From positions 43,648,001-43,712,000 of the forward strand of contig OZ024752.1 in assembly GCA_964016885.1 (NCBI GenBank): a DNA stretch of 64,000 bases, in the 5' to 3' direction. Below the pieces are notes generated by a model. That model worked only from the letters and a program-made list of their open reading frames with translations. It did no database searches and was not told the origin of the DNA. The position numbers and the translations under genes are program-made. How positions within the stretch are numbered: position 1 is the first letter of the stretch; each line of letters starts with the position of its first letter. The stretch comes from Eledone cirrhosa (lineage: Eukaryota). This document shows, piece after piece, positions 11,306 to 61,697 of the stretch.

Positions 11306-13513
11306 AGTAGTGTTACAAATGGAGTGACAGTTGTAAGATGGAGTAGTGTTACATATGGAGTGACAGTTGTAAGATGGAGTAGTGTTACATATGGAGTGAC
11401 AGTTGTAAGATGGAGTAGTGTTACATATGGAGTGGCAGTTGTAAGATGGAGTAGTTACATATGGAGTGACAGTTGTAACATGGAGTAATATTACATATGG
11501 AGTGACAGTTGTAAGATGGAGTAGTGTTACATATGGAGTGACAGTTGTAAGATGGAGTAATATTACATATGGAGTAGTGTTACATATGGAGTGACAGTTG
11601 TAAGATGGAGTAATATTACATATGGAGTGACAGTTGTAAGATGGAGTAGTATTACATATGGAGTGACAGTTGTAAGATGGAGTAGTATTACATATGGAGT
11701 GACAGTTGTAAGATGGAGTAGTATTACATATGGAGTGACAGTTGTAAGATGGAGTAGTGTTACATATGGAGTGACAGTTGTAAGATGGAGTAGTATTACA
11801 TATGGAGTGACAGTTGTAAGATGGAGTAGTGTTACATATGGAGTGACAGTTGTAACATGGAGTAGTGTTACATATGGAGTGACAGTTGTAAGATGGAGTA
11901 GTATTTCATATGGAGTGACAGTTGTAAGATGGAGTAATATTACATATGGAGTGACAGTTGTAAGATGTAGTATTACATATGGAGTGACAGGTGTAAGATG
12001 GAGTAGTGTTACATATGGAGTGGCAGTTGTAAGATGGAGTAGTATTACATATGGAGTGGCAGTTGTAAGATGGAGTAGTATTACATATGGAGTGGCAGTT
12101 GTAAGATGGAGTAGTATTACATATGGAGTGGCAGTTGTAAGATGGAGTAGTATTACATATGGAGTGGCAGTTGTAAGATGGAGTAGTGTTACATATGGAG
12201 TGACAGTTGTAAGATGGAGTAGTATTACATATGGAGTGGCAGTTGTAAGATGGAGTAGTATTACATATGGAGTGGCAGTTGTAACATGGAGTAGTATTAC
12301 ATATGGAGTGGCAGTTGTAAGATGGAGTAGTGTTACATATGGAGTGACAGTTGTAACATGGAGTAGTATTACATATGGAGTGACAGTTGTAAGATGGAGT
12401 AGTGTTACATATGGAGTGACAGTTGTAAGATGGAGTAGTATTACATATGGAGTGACAGTTGTAAGATGGAGTAGTGTTACATATGGAGTGACAGTTGTAA
12501 GATGGAGTAGTGTTACATATGGAGTGACAGTTGTAACATGGAGTAGTATTACATATGGAGTGACAGTTGTAAGATGGAGTAATGTTACATATGGAGTGAC
12601 AGTTGTAACATGGAGTAGTGTTACATATGGAGTGGCAGTTGTAAGATGGAGTAATATTACATATGGAGTGACAGTTGTAAGATGGAGTAGTGTTACATAT
12701 GGAGTGACAGTTGTAAGATGGAGTAGTATTACATATGGAGTGACAGTTGTAAGATGGAGTAGTATTACATATGGAGTGACAGTTGTAACATGGAGTAGTG
12801 TTACATATGGAGTGACAGTTGTAACATGGAGTAGTGTTACATATGGAGTGACAGTTGTAAGATGGAGTAGTGTTACATATGGAGTGACAGTTGTAAGATG
12901 GAGTAATATTACATATGGAGTGGCAGTTGTAAGATGGAGTAATATTACATATGGAGTGACAGTTGTAAGATGGAGTAGTGTTACATATGGAGTGACAGTT
13001 GTAAGATGGAGTAATATTACATATGGAGTGACAGTTGTAAGATGGAGTAGTGTTACATATGGAGTGACAGTTGTAAGATGGAGTAATATTACATATGGAG
13101 TGGCAGTTGTAAGATGGAGTAATATTACATATGGAGTGACAGTTGTAAGATGGAGTAGTGTTACATATGGAGTGACAGTTGTAAGATGGAGTAATATTAC
13201 ATATGGAGTGACAGTTGTAAGATGGAGTAATATTACATATGGAGTGACAGTTGTAAGATGGAGTAGTGTTACATATGGAGTGGCAGTTGTAAGATGGAGT
13301 AATATTACATATGGAGTGACAGTTGTAAGATGGAGTAGTATTACATATGGAGTGACAGTTGTAAGATGGAGTAGTATTACATATGGAGTGACAGTTGTAA
13401 GATGGAGTAGTGTTACATATGGAGTGACAGTTGTAAGATGGAGTAATGTTACATATGGAGTGACAGTTGTAAGATGGAGTAGTGTTACATATGGAGTGAC
13501 AGGTGTAAGATGA
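11306..13513. repeat. 36-bp minisatellite (GAGTAGTGTTACATATGGAGTGACAGTTGTAAGATG) x ~61
   Basis: Head-to-tail units with a few variant sites and no spacers; explains the 570-652 aa repeat ORFs. Confidence 0.97.
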
Positions 13514-13631
13514 GACATCAATGAAGAACTGGTCTTCGGTGGTTTTAAGGAAGATTTTACTGGAGTCAGTTGTTTTTACTCTGAAATATTTATTGATAGC
13601 AAGGTGGACTGGGGTCATTTCAGAACATTCT

Positions 13632-13835
13632 TGGTCCTATACACAAGACAATATCGGTGACTGGTTCTATACACAAGATAATATCAGTGACTGGTCCTAT
13701 ATACAAGACAATATCAGTGACTGGTCCTATACACAAGATAATATCAGTGACTGGTCCTATACACAAGACAATATCGGTGACTGGTTCTATACACAAGACA
13801 ATATCGGTGGCTGGTTCTATACACAAGACAATATC
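13632..13835. repeat. 30-bp tandem repeat (TGGTCCTATACACAAGACAATATCGGTGAC) x ~7
   Basis: Seen directly. Confidence 0.9.
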
Positions 13836-15109
13836 AAGGTATGTTGTCTGTCAGCTGTCCACATTTTGTTACTTTTGCAAACCCTCATGAAACACTATTT
13901 TCTAAAACCATCTATTGTTTTTCTCTCCTGTCACATCTATTTATAGATAGGTGTATTGGCCTATATGAGAGTAAAGTATCCTTGATAGACGCAGCAGTGT
14001 TGGTGATAAGAACCACTCTCCGTTTCACTAGTTGTGCACTACCCTATATATAATTCAACATCTGTACTATTATATATTTATATTTATTTTAAACATTGTC
14101 ATTTTTGTTACTAAATGGAACTTGTAATATTCATACCATACCATTCTCAAGGACATCAGTGTTGTAAATTAATTGAACTGGTTTTAATCAGGAATTATAT
14201 GAGTGCTGACCCAACTTGAGAACTTATTTCTTTAGTTCTATTGCATCAAAAATAATGTTTCTTTGTTAGATATGAAGTCTTATTCAAAACCATAACTCCT
14301 CTTAACATTTCATAATTTATCCAATATTACAACAACAAGCATTTTGAGGTCATCTTCCCTACTAAAGCATGGGTTAGATTTATGGGCCCCTATGACAACC
14401 TTCTCTATTTTTCTATACCATTTGCACCCTCCCCCCTTCACCAACTCCCTGGCTTTCATTTCTTCCATCATTTTTAGCCATGTCTTTCTTAGTCTTTTTT
14501 TCCCTCTACTTTCTTCCCTATTCATTTCTATCACAGGGTTGGAGGTCAGTTCTCAAGCAGAGACACTGACCTCCAGGTGGTCTGGAGACCTAACATACAA
14601 TATTACACTCCACTGAGTGGCACCAAAACCAGGGAAATTTTAATATTTTTGACACAGATGAAGAGTCCTTTCAACCTTTTGTTTGGCAGGTTTTCTATGG
14701 TTGGATACCGTTCATATCAGCAACCACCTTATAGAGTCTACTGGGTACATTTATTGTGTAGATCACCAACACTAGGGAGGTTGTCATGTTTGTGACACAT
14801 CTTTGATATTATAGGAATAGTTTCTGTTTCAGCTCCCTTTTCATCTTTATGTCCTTTATATTATTCAATATACACACATTTTCAATGTGTGTCTGTATCT
14901 CAATTGTGTGAAGTATATATTAATGTCTATGTGTATTTATAAATCTGCATATGTATATATATTTATGTAACAGTACATTTCAAATTAGTCATATATATAT
15001 CATGATCATCATCACCATTTAACAGCTATTTTTCCATGCTAGCTTGGGTTAGACAAATTGTCCCGTTGTGAGACTGTCTCTTGCTAATACAGAACCGTTT
15101 TATATATAT

Positions 15110-15246
15110 ATATTGTTATACTTGGGGAGGGTCATATTTGTGTAATATTGCCAGAATTAATAACAGAACACACTCACAGTGAGTGTGTTCTGTTATTAAT
15201 TCTGGCAATATTACACAAATATGACCCTCTCCAAGTATAACAATAT
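15110..15246. repeat. Fold-back palindrome, 68-bp arms, 1-nt centre (15178)
   Basis: Near-perfect arms next to (TA)n. Confidence 0.9.
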
Positions 15247-15284
15247 TTGTTTCGACACACGATTTCATATAAAAAACCTCGCAA

Positions 15285-15315
<31 letters not shown>

Positions 15316-15316
15316 A

Positions 15317-15440
15317 TGGAAATATCCTATATTTCCAACCAGTATTAAAATGTTTATACATATAAACTTTATGAACACACATGCATTCATAAAGTTTATA
15401 TGTATAGACATAATACTGGTGGAAATATAGGATATTTTCA
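15317..15440. repeat. Fold-back palindrome, ~55-bp arms
   Basis: GAAATATCCTATATTTCC...AAACTTTATGAA / TTCATAAAGTTT...GGAAATATAGGATATTT next to (TA)n. Confidence 0.85.
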
Positions 15441-15968
15441 TATGTATTGTATGAAAAAGAGGAATCGAACTTGCAAAGGTGTTACCTTCATAGAGTGCTT
15501 CTATGAGAGAAAGTCAGCTTAGCAGAACTCACGCTTCTCTCTATATATACATCACTGGCAATGAGGAGTAAAATTACTTAACTGGGAATTAAACATGGTT
15601 TACAAACTCAATTAGTAAGTGCTGGATTATCAGAACTAATTAAGAAAAAAAGAGTTAATTTAGGTTGATGAAACATATTGTACAGCTGATATTTTACAGT
15701 TGTTTCAAAAGTGTAGGATTATTAAAACATAGTTTAGCAAATTTGATGATGAAAGAATCCTTTAATAAAATTAATAGGAGGAACTTTGGTCAATTTTAGG
15801 GTCAATAAAATAAAGTACCAGTAATGTACTGGGGTCGATCTAATCGACTTTTCTCTTCTCACAAATTGTTGGTCTTGTGCCTAAATGAAAAATCTTTCAC
15901 TAATTCACATTTTATATCAATGAGGTTTTTATTTATGTAATTTTTTCCTCAAATTTTATTCTTTTAGA

Positions 15969-52905
<36,937 letters not shown>

Positions 52906-53162
52906 GAAGTATCTTATTCTTCACCAGCTTTCTTCTAGAACTCTCTATGATGGTTTCTTTTATCAATGTTGAAAACATGGCTTCATTTCCTAAGTACTTG
53001 TCTTTTCTTTTTAAAAAAAAAAAAGGATTCAGTAATGTTTTTATTTTAATGTTTTCAAAATGAAGGTACTTGTTAGATTTTTTTAATTTAAAATCATTTT
53101 ATCAGCTTTTACAACTTTAACTGGTGTTTTCATTTAAATTTAAGTAAAAATACATTTTTTTC

Positions 53163-53338
53163 TCAACCTGTTGACTGCCGCTTATATTTTACACAGCTAG
53201 AGTTGCTGTGCTGGGTTTGTTTCCAGTAAAATGACTATTTTGATTGACGTCACATCAATAAACTCTGTAACCTGATCTAACCCTGAAGTTATGAACTGCT
53301 AGGATGAGTTATCTCGTCTACGGAACTGAAGAGGTTAA
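53163..53338. mobile_element. TTAA-type MITE family B; second copy at 56500-56687
   Basis: AACCTGTTGACTGCC...CTGAAGAGGTTAA; the two copies align end to end. Confidence 0.75.
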
Positions 53339-54832
53339 ACATAAAGTTGAAAATATATAAATTGGAACCAATCATTGTATTGTATATATATATATAACTA
53401 TTGTTAATGCTATAATTTGTGGCAGTAACTAGCTTTAGATTGTGGTATATATTAAACTTGGTCTAAACATTATGTCCAGTGGGATGAGTATTCTCATTGA
53501 GTAATAGCTATATAGTAAACAATATATCCGTGCTTTGGTTTCTGTGAGCTGGCTCTCACTGTTTTCTCTTATCCGATCATTTAATTTACTTTAAAATATT
53601 TCTAAGCTGATGTATTTGTAATTTTTTTTAAATGTGTCCTTACAATATTTTACTTACATTTCCTTGCACAAAACTTTCTTTGGGGGAAATTATTTTAAAT
53701 TTGATACAAAATGGTCAGTTTGATAACAGAGTTGTCAATATAACCACTTAAAGTTGCTTTTTAGAAAATAGCAACAAAATGTTTTGTGCCAGACATAATC
53801 ATTTTGAATTTATGAAATATGAAGCAATATTACTAAAATATAATTTTATAAATGATTTTTTTTTTGCGGGGGCAGGAGGGAAAGAAAAAATATGAATCCA
53901 AATTTGAAAATAAATAATGGAAAGTATAGTATATTTTTTATTTATCCCACAGCTGATAAACAAAAAAAAAAAGAAAGATAATTCTCATTTTAATACCTAT
54001 CATGTGAGCTATTTAAAGTTAACTTTTTAATTTTTATATTTTACTCTAATGCCTTTTGTACATGTTATTTCTCAGTGAATGAATATTTTCCTATGACAGC
54101 AAAGGTTTATACGTGAGGCTCAATTGCATCAAAACTTCATGCTAAACACTTGCTGTGATTTTGATTTTTAAGGTTGGTTTGTTACTTTTGAAGAAAAAGT
54201 AAATTTAAGATTATAAACTAAAGTATGCTTGTCTAGTTTTTATGATCTTCCGACAGATATTCAATGATATTTGGATATTCAATGATATTTGGATATTTCA
54301 ATTGCAAAATGCTTCAATTAATTTTATATTTAGTTGTCCTGGTACAGTTTTATTTTTGTTTTATTCGTAGTTCTGTGTTTGAAATGACATAATCTGAATG
54401 TGAATAACTGAATGCACTAATGGAATGATAGAAAATATTGATAGAGTATGGTGAATATTGATGTCTTATCATGTGATTGCGATTGAAGCATAAATAGGGC
54501 CAATAAAACAAGTGCAAAGGCCATAAAAAAACAGTTTAATCCAGACCAAAAATGAAAGAAGAGGCACAACAATAATTATTGTCCACTATGAGAGCAGAAA
54601 GTTTGAAGAGTACACACACACACACACACACATATATATTCTTCCCAGATAGGAGTGTATGAACTATAAATTGAAATCTTGGTTACTTTATCTTCTTTAT
54701 TGTTTGTTCTCAATACAATTGAAAACAGAACAAAATATAATCTGCCAAGTAACAAGTGCAGAATCTGAAAACAATTTCAAATGAAAATGTTCTATTTTAA
54801 GGATTTTATACTATCAAAGGTATCATTTAAAC

Positions 54833-55006
54833 CAGAGGTCTTCAAAGTGGGTGCTACTGCCACGTGGAGGGTGTTGAGAAGGTCCAGAGGAGTGCTGGGA
54901 CCTATGGGGGCACTAGAGATGATATAATAGTATATTAAATATCAAATGATATATATTATATATAGTACAACAATATGGTGGTGACATAGAAGTTTGAGAA
55001 CCTCTT
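54833..55006. mobile_element. hAT-like MITE
   Basis: CAGAGGTCTTCAAA...TTTGAGAACCTCT with 8-bp TSD ATTTAAAC (54825-32, 55007-14). Confidence 0.82.
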
Positions 55007-55381
55007 ATTTAAACAGCAAACAAGTAAAATGTTGAATTATAAAGTATAAAGCTTCTTCTGTGAAATGTTAGTTGCAGTAATGATGCATGGACTAAAATTA
55101 TTGCAATTATCAGAATTACTGTAAAGAATTTGTGTGAGGTGCGGTGGGGATTAAAAGGTAAAATTTGACTATATTACGTAAATGGGTATTTCTTAGGTTG
55201 TCACATTGTGTTGTAACAATACATAGTAAGTGGAATGGTTAGAGGGTTGTGATTAGGTTATTTTACTATGGAAGTATAGTGTGATTTGAGGGAGATTTGA
55301 TTGTTATTTCTTGCAGGGTGAGCAAGTATGGTGAGTTAAATAATTATAAGACTATTGAAGAAAATCATTAACGAGGAATAT

Positions 55382-55597
55382 TTAACCCTTTAGCATTTAA
55401 ACTGGCCATATCTGGCCAGAATTCTCTCACCTCTTTCTGTTCAAACCGGCTGAAACTGGCTGTTCCTGTAGACATTAAGATATTCTTCTCAAAATAAATA
55501 ACATCAAAATCTCATAGATTTGATATTATGTGAGATAAAGCCTTTACCACAAAAATACAATAGTATATATAGAGTAATGTAAATAGTAAAGGGTTAA
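55382..55597. mobile_element. piggyBac-like MITE family A
   Basis: Same TIRs and TTAA. Confidence 0.85.
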
Positions 55598-56499
55598 AAC
55601 CATTTTCATATTTAGTTACTTAAAATAACTCATCACTTTATGAATACTTTTAACAATCTAATTTTTTTTATATTGTTTCAATTGATAAAAAGAAAATACA
55701 CAAAGTAAATAATTTAAATGAAATTAATTATATTTTGTTTTATTTTTTTTGCTCGTATTGGATTTTTTTTTTTTTTTTTTTTTTGCAAATCAAAACATTT
55801 TTAACAAATAGATATGTTAAAATTTTCTATATAATATTAAGATCTTACTAAATATGACATTTAATTCCTATCTATAAAGTCTGTGAATAATTTTACTTAT
55901 GTTCAAACAAGATTTACTTTGAATATTTTAAGTCAATAATTTTTCTTACTAACTTATTCAAAACAATTTGCTGAATAAAACTTAATCTTTCAGTACATGA
56001 AAATGGTTTTGTGCTTCAAGATGCTTTTTTTCTTAAAAGCAAACTTCATTTTATGTCCACTTCACTATCATTCCAGCTATTAAAGCAGTTGTTTTTCTTC
56101 TTTTCAAATACCAAGTTATTTATAGAATAATAATTTAAAAACCTGAAATGTTGTTTGCTAGTGACTTATTGTCTCCCTTTAACTATTTGTTGTAAACCTG
56201 GTTTTACTAATATTAATGTAGTAAAATTTTCATATCTCTTTTTTTTATATATATATAAATATATATATATTTTACAAAATATTTAAAAAATTTAAACAAC
56301 TATATTATTCCTATGAATAATATCATTTTTTTTAAATGTGAAAAATATTTGCCTTTAATCATTAATAAAAAAAAATCAAACAAACTTACTTTTATCCTGC
56401 TGGTCAGGTGTGTTGTAAAAATTGTGCTATTTATATCAATTTTTTAAAAAGAAAAAGAAACAAAAAGAGTTGTCGATGTTTAATTTTCTGGGATTACAT

Positions 56500-56687
56500 T
56501 TAACCTGTTGACTGCCGTGTATATTTTACACAGCTACAGTTGCTGTGCCGGGTTTGTCTTTCATTAAAATGACTATTTTGATTGATGTCACATCAATAGA
56601 CTGTGTAACCCGATCTAACTTTGAAGTTATGAACTGTTGGAAATGAGTTCAAACATGGACGAGTTATCTCGGCACTGAAGAGGTTAA
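56500..56687. mobile_element. TTAA-type MITE family B
   Basis: TTAACCTGTTGACTGCC...GGCACTGAAGAGGTTAA. Confidence 0.78.
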
Positions 56688-57499
56688 AATTTTATTTAAA
56701 ATTTAGTTGAATTGTTTAATTTGATTTTATGACTATATTCTTGTTAGTCTTGATTACTTGTTCCTTTTTCATGTTGAACCTCTAATTTGCTCATTTGTTG
56801 AATCCCTAATTCGATTATCTGTTCCTTTTTCATGTTGACCCCATATTATTATTTGTTGTTCCTTTTTCATGTTAACCCCCTAATTTGCTCATTTGTTCTC
56901 CCACAACATGGAATAGAGAAATTTATTGTTAGCTTTTTATATTTGTTTCTGTATACTAAAGCAAATGTGAAATAAAAAAATCCTGAACAAAGCTTAAAGT
57001 TGAAATATTGAATTTTGGGAGTGTTTTGGTGTATATTGTCTTATGTCACATATAATATATATGTGATTTAAGAGCTGCAAGAATTTGTGTGTTTAAAAGG
57101 GGCAACATAAGCTTTATTAAGCTGAGGTTAGAAATGGAGCAAAGCAAGACAAATTTTGTTTCAGTGAGTTACTTGGAGTGGATAGAAAGGAAATATTGAG
57201 TTCAGAATCTGTTGATTACAGATGTTCCTGTTAAATATGTAGAATATTCTATGCTATATATTCAATTGTGTAGAATGGCATATATATATTTATATAGATA
57301 TATAGAGACATTTTTGTTTTGCAAGGTTTTTGATATCAAATATTGTTATATTTGGAGAGGGTCATATTATTTCTGGCAATATTATAACAATATATAGAGA
57401 TATATAAATATATAGAGAGAGAGATAAATAGATACATATATAGATATTTTTATATACTTATAGATATATGTATTTTATATATATATATATGTGTGTCTG

Positions 57500-57642
57500 T
57501 AAATGTGGTTGGTGCTAGGAAGGGCATCCGGCCGTAGAAAACTAGCCAGAAATAGTCCTATATGAGCAAGACACGGTCACCTGACCCAACTTGCCTCTAA
57601 CCCATGCTGGCGTGGAAGATGGACGTTAAACGATGATGATGA
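57500..57642 (+). mobile_element. RTE 3' tail fragment
   Basis: GGTTGGTGCTAGGAAGGGCATCC...CTAACCCATGC...GGACGTTAAACGATGATGATG, as in 61180-61335. Confidence 0.75.
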
Positions 57643-58129
57643 CACACATACACACACATATATATATATATATATTTACAGGTATATAGAGATTTATAAA
57701 TATATATATTATTTTTTTACCTGTTCCAGCCAGGCTGGGGCACTGCGCCTGTTGCTACACATTTTATCTCCAGCCTGTGCTGGCTGGCCATTGATATAGG
57801 AGGTACATACATACATACACACATATATATATACATATATATAGTGTGTGTGTATGATGTATGTATATTTAGATATATATTTGTATATAGTTATATATAT
57901 TTATGTATATAAGTATGTATTCATGTATATAAATGAATATTTATGTATGTAAATATATATTTCTAAACATAAATATGTATATTTACAAATATTTATGTAT
58001 ATAAATATGTATTCATGTATATAATTATATATATTTATATATATAAATGTATATTTATCTATATAAATATGTATTTGTACATAAATATATATTTTTATAT
58101 ATATATATGTATGTATATTTGTATCAAAT

Positions 58130-58386
58130 ATGAATGGATGAATGAATGAAATTATTGTGTACAGTGCTCAGGTGCACTACAACTCATCAAAGGTGCATGT
58201 ATAGTACATAAAACAATAGACAAATGTCAGGGAAGTGAATAGTGCATGAGTCATGAAATAAATGTGTGCGTGTGTATGGAGGGGGAATATTAGGTGTAGT
58301 GTTGGTGAATTTCAAGAAGTATGGAGGTTTTAAAGAATGCAGTGTCTCGACAGCTAACAACTAATGCAGGTAGGTTCTTCCATGCT
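58130..58386 (-). mobile_element. CR1-clade LINE 3' end; second, longer copy at ~61380-61697
   Basis: [19 protein letters not shown] resembles the CR1 ORF2 C-terminus; short tandem-repeat tail. Confidence 0.7.
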
Positions 58387-58401
58387 ATATATATGTATGT
58401 A

Positions 58402-58454
<53 letters not shown>

Positions 58455-59751
58455 ATTTGTATGTATGTATGTGTATGTATATATATATGTATATGTATGT
58501 ATGTATATGTATGTGTATGTATATATATATGTATATGTATGTGTGTATGTGTATATATGTATGTATGTGCGTGTATATATGTATGTGTATGTATGTATGT
58601 GTATGTATGTATATATGTATGTATGTATATATAAAAAAGGCAAAGGGGCTCTTAAGAGTCAATGGCCATCCAAAAGCACTGGGAGAGATGACCCCTAAGC
58701 CTTTGTCAAGGCAGAATTCTAGGAGAAGGAAAACTCTGATATAACACCTGCAACCCTGATGGTATCCAATGATGTTGACTTGTTCTTCTTTTTGGTAAAT
58801 ATCATCTTGGTTAAGAGAGTGGGACTGGCTTTCTGCAGTGCCTTTGCTCACTATAAAAGCTTCACGGCACAGGCATTGCTTTGTATCTGGAGATCTCTGC
58901 ACTTGTCGTCACATAGTACCATGGGCCCAGTACTATGTGTCAATAATTGTCACAGGTGTAGTGTTTGTACCAGAGTTTTCAAGTCGCTGGCTGGACTAAA
59001 AAGTAACACTCGTTCAGCGCATCGGTAGGGGTTCTCCTACATGGATATAAAGTAGTGGCCGTACTCGAAAACGAGTTGGCAGCCACCATATATATATATA
59101 TATGTATGTATGTATATATCTATATATGTATATATATATATATGTATGTATGTATGTCGGGTCACTCTTAAGTGCTACTGGTAACATGTAACCCAGTACA
59201 ACCTGTCGCATGGTCGGGTTGTCAGCGACTAAACCGGTAACTCCACCAAGTTTACTTGGTGAGGAGGGTGAATTTGGACACCCTGTAGGACAAAAAAACA
59301 AAACCTGACAAAGGGCGGCAGAACTTAAGAGTCAATGGCCATCCAAAAGTGTGTAAATATGTATATACACATGTACATATATATGTATATGCGCGGGGAC
59401 ATAGAAATAGTCAGGCTGGACACCTGATCGCGCGGTTAAACCACTCTTTGTCAGGGCATTCTTCTAGGACAGGGAACTCAGGAAACTGTGATAACTCCGA
59501 TATAAAACTTGCGACTCAGTAGTTACCGATGATGTTGATCTTTTCTTTTTTTCGGGTTATAGCTACTGTTGCTCAGAGAGTGGGATTGGCTCAGTGCACA
59601 GTCTTTCCTTACTTTAAAAAATATCTTCACGCACAGGCATTGCACAATAGAATTAATTAATAATTATTAATAATGTTATATCGTGCAATGGCTATACTCG
59701 ATAACGAGGGGGCAGCCAGCATGTATGTATGTATATATATATGTATGTATG

Positions 59752-59782
<31 letters not shown>

Positions 59783-59847
59783 GTGTATGCATATATGTAT
59801 GTGTATATATGTATGTATGTATATATGTATGTATGTATATTACACGT

Positions 59848-61335
59848 GCTGTAATCTGGTGGGCTCTTAGAAAAGGCAGGAGTAGGTGAATGGCTTGTGA
59901 AAGCGGTACAAGCCATGTATAGGGGAGCAGTCAGCAAAGTTAGGATTAGCAATGAGTATAGCGAGGAATTTAGCGTACAGGTTGGTGTCCACCAGGGCTC
60001 TGTTCTTAGCCCCCTCCTGTTCATCATAGTCCTGCAGGCAATAACGGAGGAGTTTAAGACCGGATGCCCATGGGAACTCCTGTATGCTGATGACCTCGCA
60101 CTTATAGCTGAATCTATGGTAGAACTAGAGAATAAATTCCAAACTTGGAAGCAGGGACTAGAAAGAAAGGGTCTCAAAGTCAACATGACAAACACTAAGG
60201 TCCTTGTAAGTAGACGAGAAAACAGTACCCAGATCCCCTCAGTGAAATGGCCTTGCTCAGTATGTAGGAAAGGTGTAGGTAGGAACTCCATTCTCTGCCC
60301 CAAATGCAAACAATGGGTACACAAGGGCTGTAGCGGGATCTCAGGAAGCCTAATTAAGAATGTAGGCTTCACATGCAGCAACTGTGCTGGGACAGCAAGC
60401 AGCCACAGGAAACAAGTACCACCAATCCCTGGGAGGGCTCTGTAGAAACAGTAGACAGCTTCTGCTACCGAGGTGACCAAATTAGCAGCAGAGGTGGGTG
60501 TTCAGAAAGTACAATAACTAGGGTAAGAACGGGATGGAAGAAGTTTAGGGAACTACTACCACTGCTAGCTGCAAAAATCTTCTCCCTCAAAATGAAAGGC
60601 AGACTGTATGATGCGTGTATCCGAACAGCGATGTTGCATGGTAGTGAGACCTGGGCGCTGAAGGTGGAAGACTTACGTAGATTAGAGAAAAACGAAGCCT
60701 GCATGCTCCGATGGATGTGTAACAGTAATATACGTGAATGACAAAGCATAAATGAATTGATAGAGAGGACTGAACATAAGAGGAATCAAATGCTGTGTGC
60801 AGGAGAGGTGGTTGCGCTGGTATGGACATGATATGCGTATGAAGGATGACAGCTGCATAAAAAGGTGCAGAGCACTAGAAGTCGATGGAAACCGCGGAGT
60901 GGGGAGACCCAAGATGACCTGGGATGAGGAGATAAAAGCCGACCTTACCCAATTACACCTCTCAAAGGTGATGACACACGACCGTGACCTCTGGCGTCAC
61001 ACAGAAATACAGAGTACCCGACCTCCCATGGGTACAAGCTGAAGCATATAAACAATATGCCCCCACACCCCCCACCGCAAGGTGGTCGTGGAGGTGCCAC
61101 GGCAAAAAAGCACCCAGCCCACATTGTAAAGTGGATGTGTAGGCGCCACGAAAAAGCACCCAGCACTCACTGTAAATGAGGTTGGTGTTAGGAAGGGCAT
61201 CCAGCTGTAGAAATCAAGCCAAATCAGTTCCTGTATGAGCAAGGTATGGTCAGCCGACCAGACACTGCCCACAGAAGGACAAACCGTCTAACCCATGCTA
61301 GCCTGGAAGGACGGACGTAAAACGGTGATGATGAT
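59848..61335 (+). mobile_element. 5'-truncated, frameshifted RTE LINE (RT domains + Cys-rich insert + C-terminus + 3' UTR)
   Basis: GVHQGSVLSPLLF, LLYADDL, GLKVNMTNTK, MLHGSETW, RWLRWYGH, GRPKMTW; (ATG)n tail. Confidence 0.93.
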
Positions 61336-61379
61336 ATATATATATACATATATATATGTATGTATATATATATAATAAT

Positions 61380-61697
61380 AATAATGAAATTATTGTGTAA
61401 AGTGCTCAGGTGCACTACAACTCGTCAATATAGTACATAGAATAATACACAAATGCCAGGGAAGTACATGTTTGTATGTGTTAGCTGTAGTGTTGGCGGA
61501 TCTCGGGAAGCATGGAGGCCTTAAAGGATGCAGCGTCTCGACAGCTAACAACTGATGCAGGTAGTTTGTTTCCATGCTTCAGCAACTCTGAGCGTGAAAA
61601 AATGTTTCCGAAAGTCATGGGAACTGTGCTGTTTTCTTACTTTGTGGGCATGTCCACGTGTGTTAAACACATGGAAATCGAAAAGGCACTCAGGGTT
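61380..61697 (-). mobile_element. CR1-clade LINE 3' fragment
   Basis: Homologous to 58130-58386; minus strand encodes [10 protein letters not shown]..., a CR1-type C-terminus. Confidence 0.7.

Noticed and set aside
11306-13618. CRISPR array or 570-652 aa repeat proteins
   Set aside because: Units are contiguous with no unique spacers, there are no cas genes, and the context is eukaryotic. The ORFs follow from a stop-free 36-bp unit and have no splice support.
59159-59240. HDV-like ribozyme at the head of the repeat
   Set aside because: A possible P1 (GGGTCAC/GTAACCC) exists, but no recognisable P3/L3, P1.1 or J4/2 catalytic C.
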